Positions 30,533-40,739 of a DNA stretch of 64,000 nt are shown here, piece by piece. Position 1 is the first letter of the stretch; each line of letters starts with the position of its first letter. Source of the stretch: Leptospira sp. (lineage in GTDB: Bacteria > Spirochaetota > Leptospiria > Leptospirales > Leptospiraceae); assembly GCA_034439575.1 (NCBI GenBank), contig JAWXAQ010000030.1, forward strand, positions 32,001 to 96,000, read 5' to 3'. The position numbers and the translations under genes were made by a program. The notes below the pieces were generated by a model, which was not told the origin of the DNA, searched no databases, and worked only from the letters and a program-made list of their open reading frames with translations.

Positions 30533-33485
30533 TCACAAAACTTCTAGTTTCTACATCTACATTTTTATTCCCATCAAAACGTATGACTTGCATAGCACCC
30601 ATACCATAACCCATTGGACCTCGACTATAATAATGCGCTTCCAATTTATACGGAAAGGCTTTGGGATTTAAAATTCGAAAACATTCAGGGCCATAACCTC
30701 CAGTCAAATCAGCATACAAGGCACCACCGGATGCAAGTTCTTTGGAGCTGTAAAAAGCATGTTGCTTGTCTTTATCATAGATGTGAAAGTCAACATCATT
30801 GGCATCTGTTTCCCAAACTAAAATAAATCGTATTTCATTTCCCAATTTTTTAATTTTGATATTTTTTAATTTTTCAGGACTTGGTAATTTTTTGTCCTTA
30901 TCTATGTTTGATATAGAATATAACAAATCCAAATCATCATAAAAAATATCATGCACATTGCTAAATCGACTTGGGAAACTACGATTTAAACCTAAGATGA
31001 TTGTATCATAAGCTTTTAACCAATTTTGCGATTTCAAATAAGAGATAAATAACAAATGATAGGTGCTAGGATGGTCTGGCCTTTCGATCAGAGCCTTTTC
31101 AAAAGTATCAATTGCTTCATTGTACATAGCAATGGATAATAATTTTTCACCTGCCCATCTGCGAATATCAGCTCTCCTGGGAAAATAATCCACAAAGGAA
31201 GTATAAGACCTGACTGCATTTTTTCTATCTCCCAAAGCAAAATAACTGTCGCCAAGCGCAAGTAAGGCAAGTATATCTTCTGGCGACTCTTCCCGCCAAT
31301 CTTTCGCAAACTTTAAGGCTTTTAAATTTTCACCAGCATGAAGATAGGAATAAAATTTCTTTAGATTTCCTTGGTAGGGATCAATTTTTTCTCTTTTTTC
31401 TGTTTCATTCACATTATTTGCGTTAACGGGACGTGAATCCAAGGCAAATTGATTTCTAGTGGGTGGCACCACAGTATCAGTCGTAATTCTTTGCGGAACC
31501 ACTTCTTCATTTTTGATTCCTTCTGTGTCCGTGTTTACCTCCGCACTCGGAACGGCTAAATTAAGTCTGTCATCAGCAAATGAATCTTTCATTCCATTCG
31601 GGGCATTATTTACTGATTCAGTTTTTTTAGATTCTCGAATTGATTCTGATTCCTTTTGTTTTTCACTCTCCTGCCTCCTTCGATTATTATCTGCACGTAC
31701 TGCATCTCTTTTTTCGCGATTTTCTGGAGCCAAAAAATCATAACCGACTAATTCTTTTCTATTTAAAATCTCAATTCCACTAAGTCCAATAGTCATAATG
31801 TCTGTTAGGGCATTGCGAGTGATTTGAAATCTATCATAATCATCAGCGGTTTCTAAAACCAAAAAGGATGTGAGTGGACATTGAATACGATGAGCTGAAG
31901 AAAGTTGAATTGCTTGTAACTTCATCCCATTCGCAATATCTTTGTTTGTTTCCTTTTCTGCTATGTCCAATAAATTTTTAATTCTTGCGGCTGTTACTTC
32001 ACGATTTAACAACAAAGCATCCGTTGTAACAGGCATTAAATTTGAAATCTTTTTTCCATTGATACTAAGATTGATATCGGAAATAGATTTTGAATCTTTT
32101 ACCTCTCCAAAGATAGTGATTGGATCACCAGCTTGCAATACCCCTTCACTCAAAGACAGGTGCCAATTGGTATTTGTTAATTCTACTTTTGGCTCAGAGA
32201 ACACTTTTTGCCGAAGGTGTTTTTCCATTTCGGAAGTAGAGATATCACTGCTAAAACTAATGCCTCTTTCCTTCCCTGTCGTGAGTAAAATATCCAAAAT
32301 AGTTTTGTCTTTATAAGCTGAAGGAATCATAACATCTAATCGTTTAATCCAAGTTTGTGATTTTAGAATATTTTGAATTCCTTTTGGGGAAGTCTCACCT
32401 GCGGTCAAAACAGAATCACTAACAATAAGCAAACGAAACGATTTGTCATCCATCAATTTTGAAAGTTCCAAAAGCGCCGCACTTAAGTTACTGGAACCTA
32501 GAGGAGCAGTCTCTTTTAGTTTTTGGATGCCTTTCTCACCTGCACCATAACTAACAAGCGCTACATCAAAGCCAAAAATATATGAATCGTCTAAATTAAG
32601 CTTACCTAACAAATCCTCTAAAGTCCGGATTGACTTTTTGTAGGTAAGTGTAGAGGAAGCAGAGGTATCAAAGAGAATCACTAATTTATCAAGGGGAGCA
32701 TTTTCTTCTTCTGATTTACTAAAGGGAATCACTTTAATACCAAAATTTTTTCCATCCGAAGAAATCAAATTTTGACCTAACTTATGTTCAAAAAAAAAGT
32801 TTTTATTTGGTTTGTAATTTTTTTTATCAAGTGAAAAAATCTTTCTTGTGATCAGTTTCCCATCATTGTCCGAGTTTTGAGAATCTGTTTTTGATTGGTA
32901 TTCATCTGCATCATACATAACTTTCAATTTGAAATTTTCTATTTCAGGTAGCCCGAGTAATGGAAGCGAAACGCCAGTGCCGGCAGTGCTAAGAGCATTT
33001 GAATAAGAAATGATTAATTTTTTTTCGGATTTGGCAGGGATTGGAAATATCCTAGCACTAAATTCATTTCCGGCATCTGACTCAAGTAAGGCGGGATCTT
33101 GCTTTCTGTGCAAAAAATCTTCATAAACTCTTGTGGCTTTTTCTCTTTCTACAACTTCCCCCTCTTGCCATTTGTCTCCAATCATCATTGCAAATCTCGC
33201 CAAATTCGCATTATCTGGTAGTGTGATTCTAAAACGTCCTTCCCTCACTCGATCTTCTGGATTATAAAAACTCAGGCGAATTTCCGTAAAAACAAAAAAC
33301 CCATCCAATACGGTATTTGATTCATAAGATTTTAAAATGAGACCTGAGCCGTCCGAAGCAGTTAACGAAAGCGGTGATGCTAGATTTTCATCTATTGTCT
33401 TAATTTTGTTAGAAGAAAAAATTAAAAATGTGAATCCAATCATCCAAAGATAATGAATCTTCGCCATTTGTTTTGCACGGTTCAT
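30489..33485 (-). CDS. VIT + vWA-like + TPR + DUF2135 (YfaP-like) multidomain exported protein
   Basis: VIT (FYNPEDRVREGRF...DPALLE...RIFPIP), vWA-like FDTSAS, TPR helices, and C-terminal LVWETDANDVDFHI...GGYGPE. Confidence 0.75.
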   Translation of the reverse strand: MNRAKQMAKIHYLWMIGFTFLIFSSNKIKTIDENLASPLSLTASDGSGLILKSYESNTVLDGFFVFTEIRLSFYNPEDRVREGRFRITLPDNANLARFAMMIGDKWQEGEVVEREKATRVYEDFLHRKQDPALLESDAGNEFSARIFPIPAKSEKKLIISYSNALSTAGTGVSLPLLGLPEIENFKLKVMYDADEYQSKTDSQNSDNDGKLITRKIFSLDKKNYKPNKNFFFEHKLGQNLISSDGKNFGIKVIPFSKSEEENAPLDKLVILFDTSASSTLTYKKSIRTLEDLLGKLNLDDSYIFGFDVALVSYGAGEKGIQKLKETAPLGSSNLSAALLELSKLMDDKSFRLLIVSDSVLTAGETSPKGIQNILKSQTWIKRLDVMIPSAYKDKTILDILLTTGKERGISFSSDISTSEMEKHLRQKVFSEPKVELTNTNWHLSLSEGVLQAGDPITIFGEVKDSKSISDINLSINGKKISNLMPVTTDALLLNREVTAARIKNLLDIAEKETNKDIANGMKLQAIQLSSAHRIQCPLTSFLVLETADDYDRFQITRNALTDIMTIGLSGIEILNRKELVGYDFLAPENREKRDAVRADNNRRRQESEKQKESESIRESKKTESVNNAPNGMKDSFADDRLNLAVPSAEVNTDTEGIKNEEVVPQRITTDTVVPPTRNQFALDSRPVNANNVNETEKREKIDPYQGNLKKFYSYLHAGENLKALKFAKDWREESPEDILALLALGDSYFALGDRKNAVRSYTSFVDYFPRRADIRRWAGEKLLSIAMYNEAIDTFEKALIERPDHPSTYHLLFISYLKSQNWLKAYDTIILGLNRSFPSRFSNVHDIFYDDLDLLYSISNIDKDKKLPSPEKLKNIKIKKLGNEIRFILVWETDANDVDFHIYDKDKQHAFYSSKELASGGALYADLTGGYGPECFRILNPKAFPYKLEAHYYSRGPMGYGMGAMQVIRFDGNKNVDVETRSFVIMNDGAYIDLGTVK

Positions 33486-33676
33486 AATGCACTCTCCCTA
33501 AGAAATACCGATTCCATTTTGGCATACCTTTGCCTTCTTTGTCTGTACCTTTTTTTAGGAGAAAGGATAGAAGCGATCCGAATAATTATAGATTTTTTAG
33601 CTGGATTTTTAATAAAAAGGGAACCCGAATTTTTCCGAGGTGAATTGCAAAAACGGATCTAAATTAAAAATAAATT

Positions 33677-33980
33677 GGCACCTCGGATTTGTTATATGGA
33701 GTAAGAATTGTTACTAAACCCGAGCCCACTTTTAGCTACAATCTTTCGCATAACTTAGTATAAGTAGAATTTAATTAAATTGCGAAAGGATTTACGCATC
33801 GATCGGTGGTGCAGGGCAAATCTCGTTCCCATCTACCTTCTCTCTCACCTCCGTGCTCGATGGAAGGAATACGACATCCATTTCTCCGCTACCGATGGAA
33901 ACAAGGTTTGCATGTCCGAAGAAAGATCGAATACGAAAATCTTTTTCAATACTTTGGGCACCTCGGATTTGTTATATGGA
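33677..33980 (+). repeat. Pair of identical 24-bp direct repeats (33677-33700 and 33957-33980)
   Basis: ggcacctcggatttgttatatgga occurs twice, 280 bp apart, in a non-coding region. Confidence 0.85.
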
Positions 33981-34266
33981 TGGAACATTTTCTCAGAATT
34001 GGATTCGCTCTTCTAAAAGTGGAAACAATAGTTTGTGTCGCTTCTGTTCGTTTTATCGAATTGCATATAAAACCCAGAATAAAGTCTCTCGATCCATAGA
34101 AAGTAAGCTTTATGACCTAGAAAAATCGTTTAGCCAAATTAATCAAAAGAAGTAAATAATCAGAAAATTGAAAAAAGAATTTAAGAATTCGGTTAAACGC
34201 CTATTACAGAAGCATATTTGCTTACAATGTCGTGTATCCTAGATGGTTATGCGCAACAATTCATAA

Positions 34267-34303
34267 AAGAAACAAATATTGATTTATTCAATATTTGTTT
34301 CTT
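34267..34303. terminator. 16-bp perfect hairpin, probable terminator for the minus-strand gene ending at 34345
   Basis: aagaaacaaatattga-tttat-tcaatatttgtttctt. Confidence 0.6.
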
Positions 34304-34344
34304 ACTAACAATACATCCATAATGCATTGTTCCTTCGCTTCCAT

Positions 34345-35298
34345 TTAAATTTTATTAAAAATGCCAGGGGTTTGTTGCGGTTCATCTTTATACAGATACA
34401 AAATACATTCACGAATATAAGTAAATTGAGTTAGCACTTTCCAATAATAAGTATCATTTTCTAATTTGGATAAATCGATATGACAATTGAATGAATCACA
34501 AGTGCTTTGTAAGGCAATAAATTTAAATTTTATATCCTTGGAGATTAAAATCAAATAATTTTTGAACAACATTGCAGGCACGATATTCGAATTATTATAC
34601 TGAGTCATTGGTATATTTGTTTCGGTCGGAATTTCATTGATAGTCGTGCATTCTGTAGGAACCGTTAAAGAGGCGATAGACGGAGGCGAAGATTCATTTT
34701 TTTTCCCTACAAATCGAAATTTAAATTCTTCATTGTTTGTTATGTTGAATTGATTGTTAGGAGCATCTATGTAAATGGCATCCGCCGGAGAGCTTAGCAA
34801 AAAAATAACGTTAATCAAATTACTACTTTCAGTAGGCTCAGCTGGTGTATTAATAAAAACGATAAAGGATAAAATCAAAATGATCCTCTTATCACTTGCG
34901 AATCCTAATCTATCTCTATAATTTGTAAAATTAAGATAAGATGGCAACAATGCCAACAAACAAACTAAATCGCTTACGTCCGCTGTTCCCTTATTTTTAA
35001 AACCAAATTCTAAAAGTGAGTAAATCGTATCATTCCATCTTTGCGAAATATTTATTACCAAGAAAACACAAAATACTAACAAAGAATTTGCGATAAATGT
35101 AATATTCTCATTTATTTTTGAAAAAATAGTACCAATGAATGCAGTCAGTATAAAAGGGCTGAGATAGATTCCGATCAAATCGGAAATTTTTCCCGTTACT
35201 ATACCTGGAAAATATTTTTTGAAAAATAAATCATTCATAAACCAGATCCCAAGTAAAAGAATATGAGAATTTAAATTTAATATTTTTAGCGATTTCAT
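34345..35298 (-). CDS. Hypothetical membrane protein with an extracytoplasmic C-terminal domain
   Basis: TM region with NDLFFK...TGKISD motif. Likely start is ATG 35298, just after the upstream lipoprotein stop; the track start at 35442 overlaps that gene. Confidence 0.6.
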   Translation of the reverse strand: MKSLKILNLNSHILLLGIWFMNDLFFKKYFPGIVTGKISDLIGIYLSPFILTAFIGTIFSKINENITFIANSLLVFCVFLVINISQRWNDTIYSLLEFGFKNKGTADVSDLVCLLALLPSYLNFTNYRDRLGFASDKRIILILSFIVFINTPAEPTESSNLINVIFLLSSPADAIYIDAPNNQFNITNNEEFKFRFVGKKNESSPPSIASLTVPTECTTINEIPTETNIPMTQYNNSNIVPAMLFKNYLILISKDIKFKFIALQSTCDSFNCHIDLSKLENDTYYWKVLTQFTYIRECILYLYKDEPQQTPGIFNKI

Positions 35299-35300
35299 TT

Positions 35301-35729
35301 TTACCAAAAACTTCCTGATAAAGGTTTTTGAAATTTGCGAAATTTGATTTCCTCGAAAAAACAATTCAAACTTCGATTTGATACAACGTTGAAAATCATC
35401 GAACCTATGGCTTGTTCGGTGTTTGGTGGAGACGGAGGGCATGGCATGGAGAGAATGCTCTTAAGGCAGTGATCCACTGCACGTTTTTCAAATAGAATCC
35501 TTTTGTTTCCCTCATCGGGTGAAGGATCCTCATCGTTTCCTAATTCGCTCATAAATAGGGCCTGCCCTGGATGAAAATTACATGAAAGCACTTTTATAAA
35601 CGTAACACTCATGATTTTTTCTTCAGTATCTCTTTTGCTGATTGTAAATTCCGTATTTGGGTTGTTTGGAGGTGGCGGAAGGCAAGCAATGAAGTTTAAT
35701 GAAATAACTGTTATAAGAAATCTGATCAT
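35301..35729 (-). CDS. Hypothetical Cys-containing lipoprotein
   Basis: Lipobox-like NFIAC, Pro-rich linker, 4 further Cys. Confidence 0.6.
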   Translation of the reverse strand: MIRFLITVISLNFIACLPPPPNNPNTEFTISKRDTEEKIMSVTFIKVLSCNFHPGQALFMSELGNDEDPSPDEGNKRILFEKRAVDHCLKSILSMPCPPSPPNTEQAIGSMIFNVVSNRSLNCFFEEIKFRKFQKPLSGSFW

Positions 35730-35861
35730 TATTTATATAAAAAACTAATTCGTAAATTCTATATCGTATGAAAAAAGAATTTCAATTTTTCAATATAAAA
35801 TGAATTCTCATCTATTTTAACTACCAATTTATTTCCATTCGAAATTTCCCCACCAAACTCC

Positions 35862-35951
35862 CGCGACACCGATTGTAGCGGAAATCCTTCCGTGATAAAT
35901 CATTTTTTTTTTATAAAACCTTGGGAAGATTGGAGCGGAAAGCGGGATCGG
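35862..35951. repeat. Possible REP-like intergenic element
   Basis: GC-rich island in an AT-rich spacer with internal repeat gattgtagcggaaa / gattggagcggaaa. Resembles dispersed Leptospira repeats as I recall; only one copy in this window. Confidence 0.35.
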
Positions 35952-36010
35952 GTAATACAAACCATGTGACACCTAACAACCCATCCGAGTCGCCCATAAT
36001 TTTAATACAG

Positions 36011-36050
36011 AAAGGCTCCTTCCCTTTTGATTTCTCAAAGTGAAGGAGCC
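36011..36050 (-). terminator. Terminator downstream of the flaB pair
   Basis: ggctccttc...gaaggagcc stem with inner tttga/tcaaa pairing; ttt follows on the minus strand. Confidence 0.7.
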
Positions 36051-36084
36051 CAGTTTTTAGGCAACTCTTGCCGATTTTGATCTC

Positions 36085-36927
36085 TTATGTATTAGATAAG
36101 AGTCTCATAATTGAATTTGGCCTAACATTTGATTGCGCGAGCATCGCCGTACCGCTTTGCACCAGAATTTGTTTCGTGGTAAACGCAACCATCTCCTCAG
36201 CCATATCCGCGTCTCTGATCCTTGATTCGGATGCTTGCATATTTTCATATGCACCCATGAGACCTTTTGCAGCACTTTCGAGTCTATTTGAATAGGCTCC
36301 CATGTCCGCTCTTTGTTTCATGATCTTCGTCAAGGCGAAATCCGCCAAAGCAATCGCCGCATCAGACTTGCCAGGTGTAGAGAGAGAAACATCCGCTCTC
36401 GACATCTTTAAAGCTTTTGCAGTCATAGTTCCAATGTAGAAACGCTCACGTTGGTTTGCGTTTGCTCCCATTTGGAACCACATCGACGCCTTCTTAGATC
36501 CTCGAGCAAAATCACCCTCAAACAGTTTAAACTTGTTAAACTCTGCTTGAGATGCAACCCGATCGAGCTCATCCACTAGCGCAGATACTTCTACCTGCAC
36601 GAGCTGCCTGTCCTCCGGGGTGTAGATTCCGTTCGCCGTCTGAATGGCAAGGGTACGAATTCTCTGAACGATTTCAGATGACTGGCTGAGAAAACCCTCA
36701 GCAGTCTGGATGAAACTCATTCCATCCTCCGTATTCCTTTCCGCCTGACGTAAACCGCCGATCTGTGATCGCAGTTTTTCCGAAACAGCAAGCCCTGAAG
36801 CATCGTCACCGGCATGGTTAATCCTTTGGCCGGTCGACAAATTCCTCATGGTCTTGTCTACATCCCATTGTGTAAACTTGAGAGAGCGATGCGATTGTAT
36901 CGCGCTCATGTTGTGATTGATAATCAT
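36085..36927 (-). CDS. flaB: Periplasmic flagellar filament core protein FlaB
   Basis: [46 protein letters not shown]. Confidence 0.97.
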   Translation of the reverse strand: MIINHNMSAIQSHRSLKFTQWDVDKTMRNLSTGQRINHAGDDASGLAVSEKLRSQIGGLRQAERNTEDGMSFIQTAEGFLSQSSEIVQRIRTLAIQTANGIYTPEDRQLVQVEVSALVDELDRVASQAEFNKFKLFEGDFARGSKKASMWFQMGANANQRERFYIGTMTAKALKMSRADVSLSTPGKSDAAIALADFALTKIMKQRADMGAYSNRLESAAKGLMGAYENMQASESRIRDADMAEEMVAFTTKQILVQSGTAMLAQSNVRPNSIMRLLSNT

Positions 36928-36932
36928 TGGCC

Positions 36933-36994
36933 TACACTCCTTTGTGTATTACCAAATGCAGTAAACTGCGCTTAGCCGGACAATCCCTGTCCGG
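36933..36994 (-). promoter_or_regulatory. Putative CsrA-binding hairpins in the downstream flaB leader
   Basis: Minus strand: ccggaca-GGGAT-tgtccgg, and tacac-AAAGGA-gtgta with the SD in the loop. Confidence 0.55.
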
Positions 36995-37129
36995 TGTCAA
37001 GGATGAGCATTCTCATTGCCACCTGGCAGGGAAGGCCGACCGATTATCTAATTATAACGCTAAAGTTACACAATTCCTCTGTTAAATCATTCGTCTCATC
37101 AAACGTGCATGAGACGATTCTTCATTTTT

Positions 37130-37975
37130 TTATCGAAGGAGAGACAGTACGCCTTGTGGTCGGACATTTGCCTGAGCGAGCATTGCAGTTCCAGATTGAA
37201 TTAAAATCTGGTTCTTAGTGAACTCTACGGTCTCTTCAGCCATATCAACATCTCGGATTCTAGATTCAGACGCTTGTGTGTTTTCATAAGCATTCATCAA
37301 ACCTTTAGCTGTGTGTTCCAATCTATTGAAATACGCACCTAAGTTTGCTCTTTGTTTGCTAATTCTGTTTAAAGCATCATCTAACTTTCCGATAGATTCA
37401 TTGGCTTGGTCGGCAGTTGACAGAGTCAGTGCTATGTTACTTTGACTTTTCAAATTCAAAGATTTGGCAGTCATAGTAGCGATAAACACTCGTTCTCTGT
37501 GGTGTTGATTTGGACCCAAGTGAAACCACATGGATGCAGATCTAGAACCACGAGCAAAGTCACCTTGCAGTAAATTCATTTTATTGAATTCTGCCTGAGA
37601 AGCAATACGGTCCACCTCGTCGATGAGCTGTGATACTTCTACTTGGATCATTTGTCTGTCTTCGTCCGTATAGATTCCGTTAGACGACTGAATCGCTAAC
37701 ACACGAATTCTTTGGATGATATCACCAGTCTGCGCAAGGAAACCCTCGGTCGTCTGTATGAGACTCATTCCGTCTTCTGTGTTACGTTCAGCCTGTCTTA
37801 GGCCATTCACTTGCGTTCTGAGTTTTTCAGATACGGCAAGACCGGAGGCATCGTCAGCGGCACTGTTGATGCGGAGACCCGAAGAGAGTTTCGACATATT
37901 TTTCGAAACTTCCTCGTTTTGAAATTTGAGCACGCGGTGGGAGTTAATCGCGGCTAGATTGTGATTTATGATCAT
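37130..37975 (-). CDS. flaB: Periplasmic flagellar filament core protein FlaB
   Basis: [40 protein letters not shown]. Confidence 0.97.
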   Translation of the reverse strand: MIINHNLAAINSHRVLKFQNEEVSKNMSKLSSGLRINSAADDASGLAVSEKLRTQVNGLRQAERNTEDGMSLIQTTEGFLAQTGDIIQRIRVLAIQSSNGIYTDEDRQMIQVEVSQLIDEVDRIASQAEFNKMNLLQGDFARGSRSASMWFHLGPNQHHRERVFIATMTAKSLNLKSQSNIALTLSTADQANESIGKLDDALNRISKQRANLGAYFNRLEHTAKGLMNAYENTQASESRIRDVDMAEETVEFTKNQILIQSGTAMLAQANVRPQGVLSLLR

Positions 37976-37977
37976 TG

Positions 37978-38031
37978 GTTTCCTCCTTGAAACTGGTTGA
38001 TCGATAAAGAGAGAGAATCCTTTCCCTCTCT
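37978..38031 (-). promoter_or_regulatory. Putative CsrA-binding hairpins in the upstream flaB leader
   Basis: Minus strand: agagagggaa-AGGA-ttctctctct, and gtttc-AAGGAG-gaaac with the SD in the loop. Confidence 0.55.
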
Positions 38032-38096
38032 CTGGTTTTTTTGTGTCTGGTTTTTAGGCCCTATCGTGCCCAAAATTCTCTATTTCTTCCCTTTGA

Positions 38097-38123
38097 ATGT
38101 CGGTGATTGAATATAGGATATTA
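38097..38123 (-). promoter_or_regulatory. Putative sigma-28 (FliA) promoter for flaB
   Basis: Minus strand TAAT-N15-ACCGACAT against consensus TAAA-N15-GCCGATAA, about 120 nt upstream of flaB. Confidence 0.55.
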
Positions 38124-38578
38124 ATTTGAAGATTTTGATATGCAATTAGGTTTTATTGCACTTTATTGCGGTTTTTTGGACTTTTTCTCTGACTTTAGCA
38201 CTTTATTTTTTTTAAAAAAAAGTGTAAATTTTTCCTAATAGGAGGATCGTCCAAATCCAAAAATCCTTGAGTGTTTTTCGAAAAAACACCAGTAAACGAG
38301 GGATTTGCCTAAGAAACAAGAGAATATGGGCTCATTTGATTCTGGATAATGGAAGACTGCTCTTGAATTGAGCCTATATGGAATAAAATTTTATCTTGGA
38401 ACTAAAGAAATTAATTCAATTCGAATTGGATAAATGGATTTTAAAACGGGAAAGATTTGGAATTCGAAAATGGATCTTGTATAAGAATATAAAAAGAAAT
38501 TTTAAGAAGAAAATCAGATTTTAAATTTTAGATAAAATTTAACTTATATAAATATTCGAATGTACTAATTTATCTTAC

Positions 38579-38878
38579 TTATCTTTCCACAATGCGAAAT
38601 ATTTTTTTTCCAATGCGAAATTGGTCACCTGGTTTCAATTCATAAGGCTCTGTGATTCGCACAAATACCCCATTTTTACTATTTAAATCTTCGATATGGA
38701 TTTTATTTTCTTTGGTGCTAATCAAACAATGCACACGACTCACGGAAGGATCTTCTAAAATCAAATCACCTTGGGCACGACCAATGGCCAATTCGTTTTC
38801 GAAAGTAAACTCTTCAATAGAATTCCCTTCTCCATCTAGAGTTTGCAGACGATAGACTTTTCTTGCGTTTGCGGCCAA
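38579..38878 (-). CDS. Stand-alone FHA domain protein
   Basis: IGR, VSRVH, DLNSKNGVFV; TTG start. Confidence 0.85.
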   Translation of the reverse strand: MAANARKVYRLQTLDGEGNSIEEFTFENELAIGRAQGDLILEDPSVSRVHCLISTKENKIHIEDLNSKNGVFVRITEPYELKPGDQFRIGKKIFRIVER

Positions 38879-39026
38879 ATTGAATTATCTATTCCCCTGC
38901 TGGTAGTATTAGTTTCGGTAGATCTTCAAAATCGCTTGATGGCACTTTTTATGACAAATTAGAACTAATATATCATTCAGTAAAATTGGCTATACAAGTT
39001 ATTTAATCCAGACTAGCATCTCCAAA

Positions 39027-40739
39027 ATGGCAAATAAGCCCCTTTCACTGGAACAAATTGTTACTCGAGTTGAAGCACTGGAGAATGAACTGGGAATCCT
39101 TAAGGCTGAAGTAAAAAAACTACAGCCAAAAGTGGACAAGAACTCAGAACCAAACATCTACAAGGTGAATCCTTCGACTTCGAACCCTCCCACAAAACCG
39201 AAATCTTTTCTTCCTGAAAGTTTAGAAAACTTTCTCGGCGAAAATTTATTTATCAAACTGGGTTTACTCACCATGTTGCTCGGTGCCACTTGGTTTATCA
39301 ATCTAGCCTTTGAAGAATATTGGATCAATGAATCGGTGCGCATTTGGCTAGGCTTAATTGCAGGCTTAAGTCTAACATTCGCAAGTTTAAGGCTCATGAA
39401 AAATTGGCCACTGATCGGACCTGCAGCCATGGGTACTGGCATCTCATTGACATTTATATCCTACTTTTTAGGATATTTTATGTATGATCTTTATACATTA
39501 ACACCAACTTTTATTGGTCTCGTTTTATTGTGTTTGGTATCCGTCGGATTATCATACATTTTGATCAATGAAGTCATATTTGTTTTTGGAATACTTGGCG
39601 CTTTTTTAGTTCCCACCTTACTTTCCACAGGTGAAAACTCATACCAGTTTTTATTTACCTATTTACTTTTGTGGAATGTTTTGTTTTTACTGATTTCACC
39701 TAAAACTAAATGGCGAATTAGTCCGATTTTACTTTTAATCGGAAACCACTTTATGTTTGGTGGCTGGGCCATAGACAATCTATCCAGGTCCAGTTACGAA
39801 TATCCTTTGTTCTTTCAAGTTTCAATATTTTTGCTATTTCTCTATAGGGAATACAAACTTGTTCCAGCACTTTCAAAGAAAGATTCACTCCTATCCTTTA
39901 TCACGATAGGACTTTCTCTATTATTTGTTTATTTACAAGCCTATTACCTCTCTAGCGTTTTCTTCCCACTCTTCCAAGATGCTTTGTTAATGAGTCTTGT
40001 CGTGGTGTATTTTGTATTTTTCTACCAAGGTTTTTCACGTTCAAAAGGAAAATCCGAATTAGAAGAATTGCATATAGGTGGCGTTGGCTTAGTGGGACTA
40101 CTCTTTGTACTGGCAAGCATAGTGATAGGTTTTGAAGGGAGAATGTTGTCACTAGCGTCTGCAAGTTTTGCACTCATCATTGGAATCGCTGGAAGTTCTG
40201 CGAAGATTCGTAGTCTATATGGAATCTCACTCATATTCTGGATTGTCACCATCCTAAATCTGTTATTTGATAGATCTATTTATGACAATGAAGAATGGAT
40301 TTTTCTGAACGGTTATTTCCTACTCTATGCATTTTCCGCCGCGATGTTATATGTTCTATCGAGGTTAGGAAAAGCACTATTAAGTATCTCAGAAATTTAC
40401 AAATGGTCTGCTTTTCCTGTTTTACTGATTGGAACATTCGCAGAAATTTATTATCATGTTCCATCCGAATATCAGATATTAGGTTACACTTCTGTATTTG
40501 CAGTTTACGGCCTTATATTTACTATTGCCGGATTTTTTTTGAAAGACAACGATCTTCGCAAAATCGGTTTATTTGCACTAAGTATCGTTATCTTAAAGCT
40601 CTATATTTATGACTTCTGGAATATGGGCATTGTGGCGCGGATCTTTGCGGGCTTCGGCCTCGGCGCGGCACTTGTTTTTGCAGGCATTCTCTACAATCGA
40701 TCCAAAAAAAATAATTTACCACCAAAGGATTTAACATGA
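39027..40739 (+). CDS. DUF2339-family multi-pass membrane protein
   Basis: N-terminal coiled coil, LENFLGENLFIKLG, many TM helices, C-terminal KLYIYDFW...ARI. Confidence 0.75.
   Translation: MANKPLSLEQIVTRVEALENELGILKAEVKKLQPKVDKNSEPNIYKVNPSTSNPPTKPKSFLPESLENFLGENLFIKLGLLTMLLGATWFINLAFEEYWINESVRIWLGLIAGLSLTFASLRLMKNWPLIGPAAMGTGISLTFISYFLGYFMYDLYTLTPTFIGLVLLCLVSVGLSYILINEVIFVFGILGAFLVPTLLSTGENSYQFLFTYLLLWNVLFLLISPKTKWRISPILLLIGNHFMFGGWAIDNLSRSSYEYPLFFQVSIFLLFLYREYKLVPALSKKDSLLSFITIGLSLLFVYLQAYYLSSVFFPLFQDALLMSLVVVYFVFFYQGFSRSKGKSELEELHIGGVGLVGLLFVLASIVIGFEGRMLSLASASFALIIGIAGSSAKIRSLYGISLIFWIVTILNLLFDRSIYDNEEWIFLNGYFLLYAFSAAMLYVLSRLGKALLSISEIYKWSAFPVLLIGTFAEIYYHVPSEYQILGYTSVFAVYGLIFTIAGFFLKDNDLRKIGLFALSIVILKLYIYDFWNMGIVARIFAGFGLGAALVFAGILYNRSKKNNLPPKDLT

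Noticed and set aside
33677-33980. CRISPR array or sigma-54 promoter at the 24-bp repeats
   Set aside because: Only two copies with a 256-bp gap and no cas genes; the GG-N10-GC spacing of sigma-54 sites is not met.
33780-34155. Three overlapping short ORFs as real genes
   Set aside because: No recognisable motifs, weak starts and mutual overlap; treated as a possible remnant only.
38130-38578. ncRNA or small gene in the long AT-rich spacer
   Set aside because: No ORF of 60 aa or more, and no convincing stable structure or repeat.
39158-40252. Antisense ORFs inside DUF2339 (and similar ones inside carB, ychF, guaB, A2M and flaB)
   Set aside because: Shadow frames opposite well-supported genes, with no independent motifs or RBS.
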